Part shown: piece by piece, positions 17,866-29,029 of the stretch
Position numbering within the stretch: the first letter of the stretch is position 1
Layout of the letters: each line of letters begins with the position of its first letter
From: Vulcanimicrobiota bacterium
GTDB taxonomy: Bacteria > Vulcanimicrobiota > Vulcanimicrobiia > Vulcanimicrobiales > Vulcanimicrobiaceae
Direction of reading: 5' to 3'
Assembly: GCA_003135555.1 (NCBI GenBank)
Contig: PLCF01000081.1
Location: 1-33,920, forward strand
Length of the DNA stretch: 33,920 nt
Notes under the pieces: generated by a model
What the model saw: only the letters and a program-made list of their open reading frames with translations
Databases searched by the model: none
Told to the model about the DNA's origin: nothing
Translations under genes and position numbers: made by a program

Positions 17866-19455
17866 TTACGGTGGGCCGGCGCTCGTTACGGCGCTCGGAT
17901 CGACGGCCACCCCGGTGAAAATGCTGTGGCTGCCGGAGTCGACGGAGACGGCCCCCACCTGCCGTGCGTCGCCGGTCGCAGTCGGGGCGAAGCTCTGTAA
18001 TCCTGCCGAGCAGCAGACGTAGATAAAGCCCGTGGCATCGACCGCGATGAGCGGAGTGCCGACGTTCGCAGTCGGGCCGCTGATGATTCGGCTCGGCGAC
18101 GCCGCTCCTTGAGCGGTCGGCGGGTAAACCAAGATCGCGTTTTGCGTGAACAGCGTCCCGGTCACGTAAATGTTGTTGGCCGAGTCGGCCGAGACGCCGC
18201 CGCTGAACGTGATGCCGGAGGCAGGCGTGATCGTCCGCGTCGGCGTGACCGCCCCGGATGATTTGGGCGGGTAGACGGAGATCGTCGACGAGTTGAGCGA
18301 GATCACCTCACCCAGCGCATCGACGAAGATGACGGTCTGGTTCGTCGCCGCAACGTTCATCACGCGCAGCGGCGGCGTGGGGTCCGTCGCGCCGGGCGGG
18401 TACACCGAGATGTTCGCCGCGGTCGAGACGTAAACGTTTCCTCCGCCGTCCGTCGCGAGGGACGTCGGATTCGTGTTGGGATCGAACGAGCGCAGGAAGG
18501 TCAAGTCGCGCGCGAATGCGTTCACGTGTTTGCCGGTGTAGAACGTGCCGTCCGGCGCGACAGCGGCTGAGTCGAGGTCGTGCCCACCGCCGACTCGCTG
18601 CGGCGCTTGCACGACGCCGTTTTGGGCGAAGAATTGTTGGAGTCTCGGAAAAAGGTCGTTGCTGTCCGTAACGTACACGAACGTTCCCGTCAGGATCGGA
18701 ATCGAGGCGCTGTCGATCTTCGCCGCCGGGATCCCCGTAGCTGTTGCGGTGATCGTCACGGCGCTCGGCGCGGATGTCGACCCAGTGTAGCTTACCGTTA
18801 CGGGAGGCTGCGAAGCCGCCGTGACCTGCGTCGTCGAGAGCGTCACGGAACCCGTCGTGTCCGAATTCATCAGCGTGATCGGGCTCGGGTACGCAGCCGG
18901 CGGACCGACGATGACGTTGTTGTCGGCGTCGACCTCGGTGACCGTCAGTTGGATCGTGTCCTTCAGACCCCGCTGGAAAAAGGTGGGCGAGGCGCTCATC
19001 TTGATCGCGGCGGGGACCCCGACGAACGTGAGCGCCACCAGATTCAGCTGACCCTGAACGATCGTGAACGTCGTCGAGCCGCTCGAGAGAATGTTTCCGG
19101 TCCCATTCGGAGCATCGTAGAGGTTGACGGTGAAGGTGTCCGCGCCGACCGGTGCGTCGACCGTCGTCGTGCACGTGTTGGTTCCCGATTGACTGTTCAG
19201 CGCGCAATTGGCCGTCGAACTCGCGCTGCCGCCGCTACCTTGCGACGAAACGCTGACGATCATCGATTGCGTCGACGGCGAGACGTACCGCGGATTGCGC
19301 CCGGTCGACTGCGTGCGGCTGGGCACCACGACGGTAACGGTCGCCTTGACGGTCTCGACGGGGAGCTGTTTCGGCGCAATGGGTCCCGACGAGGCGCCGC
19401 CCGAGCATGCCGATAGCACGATGCAGAGGAAACAGAAATGTGCTCTCAAGCGCAT
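17866..19455 (-). CDS. Surface lipoprotein with Ig-like N-terminal region and NHL/beta-propeller-like repeats
   Basis: Lipobox LSAC, RYVSPSTQS, repeated ISVYPP...P.R.I and GNVYV/NNIYV/GFIYV units; SD GGAGG fits ATG 19455. Confidence 0.75.
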   Translation of the reverse strand: MRLRAHFCFLCIVLSACSGGASSGPIAPKQLPVETVKATVTVVVPSRTQSTGRNPRYVSPSTQSMIVSVSSQGSGGSASSTANCALNSQSGTNTCTTTVDAPVGADTFTVNLYDAPNGTGNILSSGSTTFTIVQGQLNLVALTFVGVPAAIKMSASPTFFQRGLKDTIQLTVTEVDADNNVIVGPPAAYPSPITLMNSDTTGSVTLSTTQVTAASQPPVTVSYTGSTSAPSAVTITATATGIPAAKIDSASIPILTGTFVYVTDSNDLFPRLQQFFAQNGVVQAPQRVGGGHDLDSAAVAPDGTFYTGKHVNAFARDLTFLRSFDPNTNPTSLATDGGGNVYVSTAANISVYPPGATDPTPPLRVMNVAATNQTVIFVDALGEVISLNSSTISVYPPKSSGAVTPTRTITPASGITFSGGVSADSANNIYVTGTLFTQNAILVYPPTAQGAASPSRIISGPTANVGTPLIAVDATGFIYVCCSAGLQSFAPTATGDARQVGAVSVDSGSHSIFTGVAVDPSAVTSAGPP

Positions 19456-19457
19456 GC

Positions 19458-20453
19458 TCATTGTCCTCCGACCTGCGTTACCGTCACAGACGTCGCGACC
19501 GAGGCGGTGTGGTTGCTGCTGTCGACGATCTTGAGCGTGCAGCTACCGGTTCCGTTCGGGGTTACCGTGAAGGACGTTCCCATCGCCGGCGAGACGCTGA
19601 CGACCGCCGCGCAATCATTGATCTGCGCGGTGAAGACGCCGGAGTATCCGGTCTCGGAAACCGTCAGCTGTTGCGCGTGCGAGGCACCCGTGCCCAGGAA
19701 CGACAAGCTGCAGGGCGCCACGGTGATGGTGCTTTGCGTGCACGGCGTCGGCGTCGCCGTCGGCGTCGGAGTGGGCGACGCCGTAGGCGTGGGCGACGGC
19801 GTGGGGGAAGGCGACGGTGTCGGTGTCGGTGACGGGGTCGGCAGAACCGCGCCCGCGTAGAGGGCGAAGTACTCGGGCTGGTTCGCGGTGAGCACGATCG
19901 AGCCGGTGGCCGGCGCAAAAGTCACCGTCTGGCCTGCGACCGAGCCCGGCCCGGCGAACGTCTGCCACGAACCGTTTTGATAGAACGCGAGATAGAACGA
20001 CTGGCTCGGGCTGACGCTCGCCGGAAGGGTGATCGTGAATCCGGGGATCCCATTGAGCGTGACCGTCGCGGCGGGGACGAACGTGAAATAAAGCAGCGGC
20101 GAGTTGACGGCGAGCGGACGGCGCTGGGTGCTGCTCAGCGCCGTGATCCCCGTCGGCGTCTGTGTCGACGTGGTGACGCTCGCCGTCGTGCTTGGCGACG
20201 CACTCGGGAGCTGGACGCTGGCGGAATAGCCGCCGGCGCTAGGCAAGGCGGCGGTCGAGGCCGTGGTGCCGAGGGCGATAGACCCGCTGGCCGTGATCGG
20301 ATTGCACGCCGGCGCGACGCCGGTAAATCCCGCAGGGCACGGCGTTGGGCCGCCCCCACCCGGTGCCGCGCCTCCGCCTCCGCCACCGCCACCGCAAGCG
20401 GAAACGGCAAGCGCTAGGCCGACGAGATACGGGAAGAACCGCAGGAGCGTCAC
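19458..20453 (-). CDS. Ser/Thr/Pro-rich surface lipoprotein
   Basis: Lipobox VSAC followed by poly-Gly; PT/PS linker; beta-rich Ig-like segments. Confidence 0.75.
   Translation of the reverse strand: MTLLRFFPYLVGLALAVSACGGGGGGGGAAPGGGGPTPCPAGFTGVAPACNPITASGSIALGTTASTAALPSAGGYSASVQLPSASPSTTASVTTSTQTPTGITALSSTQRRPLAVNSPLLYFTFVPAATVTLNGIPGFTITLPASVSPSQSFYLAFYQNGSWQTFAGPGSVAGQTVTFAPATGSIVLTANQPEYFALYAGAVLPTPSPTPTPSPSPTPSPTPTASPTPTPTATPTPCTQSTITVAPCSLSFLGTGASHAQQLTVSETGYSGVFTAQINDCAAVVSVSPAMGTSFTVTPNGTGSCTLKIVDSSNHTASVATSVTVTQVGGQ
19745..19840 (-). repeat. Coding (PT/PS)n low-complexity linker
   Basis: 6-bp period repeats encoding PTPSPTPTPSPSPTPSPTPTASPTPTPTATPTP. Confidence 0.85.
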
Positions 20454-20614
20454 GATCGCCCTTCGGTGTACGGCATCGGTGCGCTGCCTTCGCTGCCTCC
20501 CCGGATAGCCTTGTCAACCTTGTGCCGTATGGTTCGTTTCTCATCAAACAGCAACCGAGCCGCGGATGCCACCCGCGCGCTGACCTCGTGGAGGCGCCGT
20601 CGAACGACGCCGCG

Positions 20615-21049
20615 ATGGCCGAGCTGACGACGTATACCGACTACCTTACGATCACCACCGCGTCGCGCTATGAGATTCGCGACATCACCGACCGCATCGA
20701 GCGCGTGCGCACGGAGTCGGGCCTGTACGATGGCACGATCCTGGTCAGCACGATGCACATCACGTCGAGCGTGTTCGTCAACGACCACGAGCCCGGTTTG
20801 TGGAGCGACATCCTGGAGTGGGTCGAGAAGCTCGCGCCCGCGGGCTTGGACTACGCGCACCATCAAACCGGCGAGGACAACGGAGACGCGCACCTCAAGC
20901 GCATGCTGCTCGGCCATCAGGTGATCGTCCCGGTCACCGGGGGACGCCTCGACCTCGGGCCGTGGGAACGCGTGCACTACGGCGAGTTCGACGGGATGCG
21001 CCCCAAGCGCGTGCTCTTCAAAGCGCTGGGCGTGCGCGCACCCGCCTAG
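20615..21049 (+). CDS. yjbQ: YjbQ/UPF0047 family protein
   Basis: MHITSSVFVND.EPGL, YAHH..GEDNGDAHLK, LDLGPWE...YGEFDG.RPKR. Confidence 0.9.
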   Translation: MAELTTYTDYLTITTASRYEIRDITDRIERVRTESGLYDGTILVSTMHITSSVFVNDHEPGLWSDILEWVEKLAPAGLDYAHHQTGEDNGDAHLKRMLLGHQVIVPVTGGRLDLGPWERVHYGEFDGMRPKRVLFKALGVRAPA

Positions 21050-21825
21050 CCGATGCGGACGCTGAGCATCGAGATCGAACCGCCGTCGCCGCCCTCGACG
21101 GGGTAGCTGGTGCGTTCGCCCTGCCGCTGCGCGCCGAGAACGTAGAGCAGCGGCAGGTAGTGCTCGGGCGTGGGCACCGACAAGAGCGCGTCGTCCCCGA
21201 GGGCTTCGTAGTCGACCAGCGGAGCGTGCTCGCCGGCATCCATGAGCGCGCGTGCCCGCTGCTCGAAACGCGTCGCCCAATCGAACTGTTGCGCGGAATG
21301 GCGTCCCCACGCGTAGGCGTGCAGGTTGTGCACGATGTTGCCGCTCCCGGCGATGAGGATGCCTTCGTCGCGCAAGGGCGCGAGCCGTTGGCCCAGCGCG
21401 TAGTGGAACGCCGGCGGCTGCGTCTCGTCGATCGACAGCTGCACCACCGGGACGTCGGCGGCCGGGTACACGTGGGTGAGCACCGACCACGTGCCGTGAT
21501 CGAGGCCCCATCCGGTGTCGCCGGCGACGGCGAGCGGTGCCAGCAGCTCCTGCACGCGCTCGGCCAGCGCCGCATCGCCGGGCGCGGGATACTCGACCTC
21601 GTAGAGCTCGCGCGGGAAACCGCCGAAGTCGTGGATCGTGCGCGGATGCGCCGACGCGGTGACGTGCGTTCCGGGGACGTACCAATGCGCGGAGATGGCG
21701 AGCACCGCGCGCGGTCGCGGCAGCTCCGTGCCCAGCGCGGACCAGCGCTCCGTGTACGCGTTGCGCTCCAGAGCATTCATCGGGTTGCCGTGCCCGAAGA
21801 AGACGGCGGGGAGACGGTGCGACAC
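21046..21825 (-). CDS. ygiD: 4,5-DOPA extradiol dioxygenase (YgiD/LigB family)
   Basis: PAVFFGHGNPMNA, ISAHW, TIHDFGGFP, GLDHGTWSVL, GSGNIVHNL, PTPEHYLPL; GTG 21825 with GGAGG SD. Confidence 0.93.
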   Translation of the reverse strand: MSHRLPAVFFGHGNPMNALERNAYTERWSALGTELPRPRAVLAISAHWYVPGTHVTASAHPRTIHDFGGFPRELYEVEYPAPGDAALAERVQELLAPLAVAGDTGWGLDHGTWSVLTHVYPAADVPVVQLSIDETQPPAFHYALGQRLAPLRDEGILIAGSGNIVHNLHAYAWGRHSAQQFDWATRFEQRARALMDAGEHAPLVDYEALGDDALLSVPTPEHYLPLLYVLGAQRQGERTSYPVEGGDGGSISMLSVRIG

Positions 21826-21827
21826 GG

Positions 21828-22838
21828 TCAGACCTCCGAAAGCACCGGCGCAAGGACGAATGCGGCCGCGAGCAGCTCGTAGGAGCGCGCGCGCGACGCA
21901 TAGTCGGGCGTGATGGTGAGCAGCATCGCCTCGTCGGCCTCGTGCGCGCCGGCAAGCGTTTCGACTCGTTCGCGTACGCCGCGTCCAGTGCCTAAAGCGA
22001 GCCGGCGCCGGTTGTAGGCGATCTCCTCGCGCTCGTGTTCGTCGTACCGGTACTCCTGCGCATCGCGCAACGACGGCACCGGCAAATCGATGCCGCGCCG
22101 GATGCGCAGCCGCCACAGGTCGATCGTCGCTGCGAACCGCTCCGCTTCTTCGACCGTCTCGGCAGCGAGCGCGGCGACGCACAGGATGACGCGTGGTTCG
22201 CCGGCCCGAGCCGAAGGCTGGAAGTGCCGCCGGTAGGTTCGCGTGACCTCGGTCGCGTCGCCGCTGATGAAGTGCGCGAAGGCGAACGGCAGCCCGAGCT
22301 GGGCGGCGAGCGACGCGCTGTAGTCCGAAGAACCCAGCAGCCAGACCTCCGGCGAGGAGTCGCCGCTGGGCATCGCGATGAGCTTGGCGAACGGATGCTG
22401 CTCGGGAAGCGCGCCGTCGAGGAAGCCGAGCAGGTCGAGCACCTGGCGCGGAAAGTCGCGGATCTCCGCCGATTCGAGCGCCATCGAAACGCGCTGTGAG
22501 CCGCCCGGCGCGCGGCCGATCCCCAGGTCGATGCGTCCGGGCGCGAGCGCTTCGAGCATCCGGAACTGTTCGGCCACCTTGAGCGCCGCGTAGTGCGGCA
22601 GCAGCACGCCGCCGGTACCCACGCGCATCGACGTCGTCTCGGCGGCGATGCGCGCGAGCAGGATCTCCGGAGCCGGATCGGCGAGCCCGCGCATCGCGTG
22701 GTGCTCGGCGAGCCAGTAGCGAGCATACCCGAGCCGCTCGGCTTCGCGCGCCAGCGCGATCGTCGCAAGCACGGCCTCGCGCGGCGACGTCCCGGCGAGG
22801 ACGGGCGACTGATCGAGGATGCCGACGGGGAGAGCCAT
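21828..22838 (-). CDS. LLM class flavin-dependent oxidoreductase (luciferase-like)
   Basis: ILDQSP, RYWLAEHH, RVGTGGVLLPHY, PGRIDLGIGRAPG, WLLGSS. Confidence 0.93.
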   Translation of the reverse strand: MALPVGILDQSPVLAGTSPREAVLATIALAREAERLGYARYWLAEHHAMRGLADPAPEILLARIAAETTSMRVGTGGVLLPHYAALKVAEQFRMLEALAPGRIDLGIGRAPGGSQRVSMALESAEIRDFPRQVLDLLGFLDGALPEQHPFAKLIAMPSGDSSPEVWLLGSSDYSASLAAQLGLPFAFAHFISGDATEVTRTYRRHFQPSARAGEPRVILCVAALAAETVEEAERFAATIDLWRLRIRRGIDLPVPSLRDAQEYRYDEHEREEIAYNRRRLALGTGRGVRERVETLAGAHEADEAMLLTITPDYASRARSYELLAAAFVLAPVLSEV

Positions 22839-22931
22839 ACCTGCATATCAGAAGGCCCCGCCGTCTCGGTCGGATGCACCGAGGGGTTCGACGGACACCA
22901 GAGCGCCGGCGCGTGAGGTGCGGCCGAGCCG

Positions 22932-24560
<1,629 letters not shown>

Positions 24561-24669
24561 GAGCGTGCTCCTCGGTGACCGGCCGGGGGAAAGGGAATGA
24601 AAATTCGTTGCGCCTGAGCGGTCGCCTCGTAAGACCGCCCGCGGCGGGCGAACGGTTCGAAGGACCATA

Positions 24670-25932
24670 GTGCAAGAACTCTTCACGGTCTTGCCGCCGG
24701 CCGAGGCATTTGCGACTCTTGCGCGCGCTTGTTCCCCGATGCCGGGGGTGGAAACCGTTCCCTTGGATGCGGCGCTGGGCCGGGTTCTGGCCTCCGACGT
24801 GCGGGCGGCGGAGACGCTGCCGGGCTTTCCGCGCGCCACGATGGACGGCTACGCGCTGCGCGCGGCCGACTCGGCGGGCGCCTCCGAGCAATCTCCGGCC
24901 TACCTGCGCCTGACCGGCGACGTGCACACCGGCGTCGTTCCCGAGGTCCGCGTCGGGGCGGGCGAGGCGGTGCGGATCCATACCGGTGCGATGCTGCCCC
25001 GAGGGGCCGACGCGGTGATCATGGTCGAGCAGACGAACCTGCACGCCGCGACCGCCGCGCGCCCAGCGGAGGTCGAGGTGCTCGCGGCCGCCGCCGGCGG
25101 CGAAAACGTGCTCGCGATCGGGGAAGATGTGCGCACCGGCGCGATCGCGGTCCCGGCCGGCCGGCGCTTGCGCCCCGCCGACGCCGGCGGACTGGCCGCA
25201 TTGGGGATCGTGCGGGTTCCGGTGCGCGTGCGCCCGCGGATCGCGATCCTCTCGACCGGCGACGAGGTCGTGGCGGTCGGTGCGCGGCCCGCGCCGGCGC
25301 AGGTCCGCGATGTCAACGCGACCACCGTGGCGGCCGTGGTAACGCAGGCCGGAGGGTTCCCCGTAGCGTGCGGCATCGCACCCGACGACAGCGTCCAGCT
25401 CGAGCGCGCCCTGCGCGCGGCGCTTGCCGGGGCCGACGCGGTCGTCCTTTCGGCCGGGTCGTCGGTCTCGGTGCGCGACCTCACGGCCGGCGTGGTGTCG
25501 CAGCTGGGCGCGCCCGGCGTGCTGGTGCACGGGATCGCGATCAAGCCCGGTAAGCCGACGGTGCTGGCGGTCTGCGACGGCAAGCCCGTCGTCGGTCTCC
25601 CGGGAAACCCCGCCAGCGCGCTGGTCGTCGCCTGGCGCATCGTGCGCCCGCTGGTGCGCCTGCTCGGCGGCGAGCGGGTCGACGCGGACGGGTTGGACGA
25701 CGAGCGCGAGCGCAGCGCGATCCTCGACGTCCCGCTGCCGTCGCGGCCGGGCCGTGAGGACTACGTGCCCTGCGCGCTGGCGCGCGACGCCGACGGCGCA
25801 CTGCACGCGACGCCGCTGTTCGGCGCGTCGAACCTCATCTTCACGCTGGTACGTGCGGACGGCCTCATCGCCGTACCGCTCGACCGCAGCGGGCTCGACG
25901 CGGGCGAGCGTGTCCGGGTGATCGTCCCGTGA
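24670..25932 (+). CDS. moeA: Molybdopterin molybdotransferase MoeA (gephyrin-like)
   Basis: RATMDGYA, IHTGAMLP.GADAV, ILSTGDE, HGIAIKPGKP, GLPGNPAS. Confidence 0.93.
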   Translation: MQELFTVLPPAEAFATLARACSPMPGVETVPLDAALGRVLASDVRAAETLPGFPRATMDGYALRAADSAGASEQSPAYLRLTGDVHTGVVPEVRVGAGEAVRIHTGAMLPRGADAVIMVEQTNLHAATAARPAEVEVLAAAAGGENVLAIGEDVRTGAIAVPAGRRLRPADAGGLAALGIVRVPVRVRPRIAILSTGDEVVAVGARPAPAQVRDVNATTVAAVVTQAGGFPVACGIAPDDSVQLERALRAALAGADAVVLSAGSSVSVRDLTAGVVSQLGAPGVLVHGIAIKPGKPTVLAVCDGKPVVGLPGNPASALVVAWRIVRPLVRLLGGERVDADGLDDERERSAILDVPLPSRPGREDYVPCALARDADGALHATPLFGASNLIFTLVRADGLIAVPLDRSGLDAGERVRVIVP

Positions 25933-25942
25933 AGAGGGTGCG

Positions 25943-27886
25943 ATGAGGCAGATGTTCTTGCACGACGTCCCCCTCGAAGCGGCGCGGGCGCGCTTCGATG
26001 CGGCGCTCGAAGCGGCCGGCGTGACGATCGGCGCAACACAGACGCTCAAGCTCGACGACGCGCTCGACCGGGTGACGGCGCGGCCGGTGATCGCCCGGGT
26101 GTCCTCGCCGCACTACCATGCGTGCGCCATGGACGGCATCGCCGTAGCCTCGGCCCGAACGGTTGCGGCGCGCGAGACCGCACCGCTCGAGCTTGACGCC
26201 GGCGAAGCAATCGTCGTCGACACGGGCGATCCGCTCCCTGACGGCTGCGACGCGGTGATTCCGATTGAAGAGGTCGAGCCGCGAGCGAACGGACGCGTCG
26301 CGATTCGCGCCGCGGTCGCGCCGTTCGAGCATGTTCGCGCGATCGGCGAAGACATCGTCGCCAGTGAGGTGGTCGTCCCGGCGCTGCGGCGCCTGGTGAG
26401 CGCCGATCTGGCGGCGTGCGCTGCCGCCGGCGTGCTGCGCGTCGAGGTCGTTGCGCGGCCGCGTGTTGCCGTCATCACCACCGGCGACGAGCTCGTCGAC
26501 GTCGGCACCGAAGCGCCGCCGCCGGGTGCGATCTTGGACTCGAACGGGGTTTTGTTGCGCGCCTGCGCGCGCACGTACGGCGCCGAGGTCGTCTTCGCAC
26601 GCCGCGTCCGCGACGACGAGGCGGAGCTGCTCGCGGCGGTGGAGCACGCGATCGCCGCCGCCGATGTGGTCGTCGTCAACGCGGGTTCGTCGGCCGGTCG
26701 CGACGACTACACGGCGCGCACGTTTGCACGCTTCGGCGAGGTCGTCGTTCACGGTGTCGCGATCCGCCCCGGCCACCCGCTCGTTCTCGCGGTCGCGAGC
26801 GGCTCGGGGCGGGCTGTTCCGCTGCTGGGAATCCCGGGCTATCCGGTCAGCGCGGCGATCTGCGCCGAGTTGTTCTTGCGACCGCTCCTCGAGCGGCTGG
26901 GCCGGCGCGACGGGCCCGACGCGCGCGACATCGAGGTCGAGCTGACCCGCAAGCTGTTCTCGCCGTTGGGCGAGGACGACTACGTGCGCGCCGTTGCCGC
27001 GCGCGTCGACGGGCGTCTCGTCGCGACGCCGCTGCGCCGCGGGGCCGGTGCGATTACCTCGCTCTCGCGCGCCAACGTGATCCTCACCATCCCGCGCTTC
27101 AGCGAGGGTGCGCACCCCGGGACGCGCCTGCTCGCGCGCGCACTGCGGCCGCTCGCGCAGATCGAGCGCACGTTGCTGGCGGTCGGGAGCCACGACGTCG
27201 CACTGGATTTGCTTGCGGGAAGGCTGGCGAGCGGCGGCACCGAGCTGGTGTCAGCGCACGTCGGGAGCATCGCGGGGCTCGTAGCGCTGCGCGAACGCTC
27301 GGCCCACCTGGCCGGTACCCATGTGCTCGAGCCGCGCACCGGTACGTACAACGAGGATGCCGTGCGGCGGTACGGACCCAACGAGCCGGTCGCACTGATC
27401 CGGCTCGCGGATCGCGAGCAAGGCATCCTGGTGGCGCCCGGAAATCCGTTGGCGATCGCGTCGCTGGCGGACGTCGTGCGGACGCGCGCGCGCTACGTCA
27501 ACCGCCAGAAAGACGCTGGGACGCGGATTCTGCTCGACGCGCTGCTCGCATCCGCAGGCATTGCGGCGGAATCCGTCACCGGCTACGAACGGATCGAGTT
27601 CTCGCATCTCGCCGTCGCGCAGCTCGTCGCCGCCGGCAACGCCGATGCCGGTCTGGCGATCGGCGCGGCGGCGCGGGCGTTCGGTCTAGACTTCATCCCG
27701 GTCGCGTGGGAACCGTACGAGCTGGCGCTCCCGGCGCGAACGCTCGACGAGCCGCGCATCGCCGCGCTGGTCGCAATCCTGCGTGGCGCCGCGTTCCGGA
27801 GCGAGGTCGAGGCGTTGGGCGGCTACCGCTGCGCCCGCGCCGGAGAGATCCGAGTCGTCGAGCCGCTCGCCCTGGAGGTTCCGTGA
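25943..27886 (+). CDS. MoeA fused to a C-terminal PBP/LysR-type substrate-binding domain
   Basis: AMDGIAV, AGSSAGRDDY, IRPGHP, GIPGYPVSA; C-terminal GSHD, VGSIAGL, REQG, YVNRQ..AGTRILLD. Confidence 0.9.
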   Translation: MRQMFLHDVPLEAARARFDAALEAAGVTIGATQTLKLDDALDRVTARPVIARVSSPHYHACAMDGIAVASARTVAARETAPLELDAGEAIVVDTGDPLPDGCDAVIPIEEVEPRANGRVAIRAAVAPFEHVRAIGEDIVASEVVVPALRRLVSADLAACAAAGVLRVEVVARPRVAVITTGDELVDVGTEAPPPGAILDSNGVLLRACARTYGAEVVFARRVRDDEAELLAAVEHAIAAADVVVVNAGSSAGRDDYTARTFARFGEVVVHGVAIRPGHPLVLAVASGSGRAVPLLGIPGYPVSAAICAELFLRPLLERLGRRDGPDARDIEVELTRKLFSPLGEDDYVRAVAARVDGRLVATPLRRGAGAITSLSRANVILTIPRFSEGAHPGTRLLARALRPLAQIERTLLAVGSHDVALDLLAGRLASGGTELVSAHVGSIAGLVALRERSAHLAGTHVLEPRTGTYNEDAVRRYGPNEPVALIRLADREQGILVAPGNPLAIASLADVVRTRARYVNRQKDAGTRILLDALLASAGIAAESVTGYERIEFSHLAVAQLVAAGNADAGLAIGAAARAFGLDFIPVAWEPYELALPARTLDEPRIAALVAILRGAAFRSEVEALGGYRCARAGEIRVVEPLALEVP

Positions 27887-29019
27887 AGCTACGCCGACCG
27901 TTCGCGCTCGCGCTGGTGCTGGCGTGCAGCGCTGTCCCCGCCGCCGCCCGCACGCCCGTGCCGATCGGCAGCTTCGCCGCCGGGCCGCTGGACGGGATCA
28001 CCGACGTCGCCGGGATCCGCGTCGCGCACGTCACCAAGGTCGAAGGTACCAGCGTACGCACCGGTGCGACCGCGATCGTGCCGAACGACGACATCTGGAA
28101 CCAGCGCGTCGCCGCCGCGACCTTCGACCTCAACGGCAACGGCGAGCTCAGCGGCGCGCACTGGGTCGATCAGTCGGGCTTTCTCGAGGTGCCGATCGTC
28201 CTCACCGACACGCTCGACGTGGGGCGCGCTGCCGACGGGGTCGTGTCGTGGCTGATCTCCAAGCACCCGCAGATCGGCGTGCGCGAAGACGTTCCGCTGC
28301 CGGTCGTTGCCGAATGCGACGATCAAGGCATCAACGACATCGCGGGCCGTCACGTGCACCCCGAAGACATCGTCGCGATGCTCGACGCTGCCAAGCCGGG
28401 CGACTTCCCACGCGGCAACGTCGGCGCCGGAACCGGGATGCGCGCCTTCGGCTTCGCGGCCGGGATCGGGTCGGCGTCGCGCCTGCTGCCCAAGAACCTC
28501 GGCGGCTACACCGTGGGCGTGCTGGTCAACGCGAATACCGGCTCGCGCGGCGAGCTGCGCATCGACGGCGTCCCGGTCGGCCGCGCGTTCGCGCACGAGC
28601 TGCTGCCGGTGTATCCGCGCTCGGCGGGATATACCGCACCGACCCGCGGTCGCGCGGCCGACGGGAGCATCATTATCGTCGTAGCGACCGACGCGCCGCT
28701 CGATCATAACCGTTTGCACGACATCGCGAAGCGGGCCGGGATGGGTCTGGCCCGCGCCGGCGCAACCTCGCACGTCTCGAGCGGCGACCTGTTCATAGCC
28801 TTCTCGACGACGCACCGCTACCCGCGCGCCGGCGGGATCAGCGGCCCGGGCGTCGAGTCGGACGATGACCGCGTCGACGCGCTCTTCGCGGCCACCGTCG
28901 ACGCCACCGAGGCGGCGATCGACGACGCCCTCTTCAGCGCGCATACGGTGAGCGGCCGCAACGGCGTGACCTACTACAACCTCCCCTACGACCGCGTGCG
29001 CCCGCTGCTGGCGCGCTGA
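27883..29019 (+). CDS. P1/S58 family (DmpA-like) aminopeptidase with signal peptide
   Basis: ITDVAG, PVVAECDD, GNVGAGTGM, DGSIIIVVATDAPL, SSGDLFIAFST; GTG 27883 overlaps the upstream stop. Confidence 0.9.
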   Translation: MKLRRPFALALVLACSAVPAAARTPVPIGSFAAGPLDGITDVAGIRVAHVTKVEGTSVRTGATAIVPNDDIWNQRVAAATFDLNGNGELSGAHWVDQSGFLEVPIVLTDTLDVGRAADGVVSWLISKHPQIGVREDVPLPVVAECDDQGINDIAGRHVHPEDIVAMLDAAKPGDFPRGNVGAGTGMRAFGFAAGIGSASRLLPKNLGGYTVGVLVNANTGSRGELRIDGVPVGRAFAHELLPVYPRSAGYTAPTRGRAADGSIIIVVATDAPLDHNRLHDIAKRAGMGLARAGATSHVSSGDLFIAFSTTHRYPRAGGISGPGVESDDDRVDALFAATVDATEAAIDDALFSAHTVSGRNGVTYYNLPYDRVRPLLAR

Positions 29020-29029
29020 ACGGCGCGGA

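Noticed and set aside
20455..20560. c-di-GMP or glycine riboswitch upstream of the lipoprotein gene
   Set aside because: A stem is present, but I could not match the consensus core of either family.
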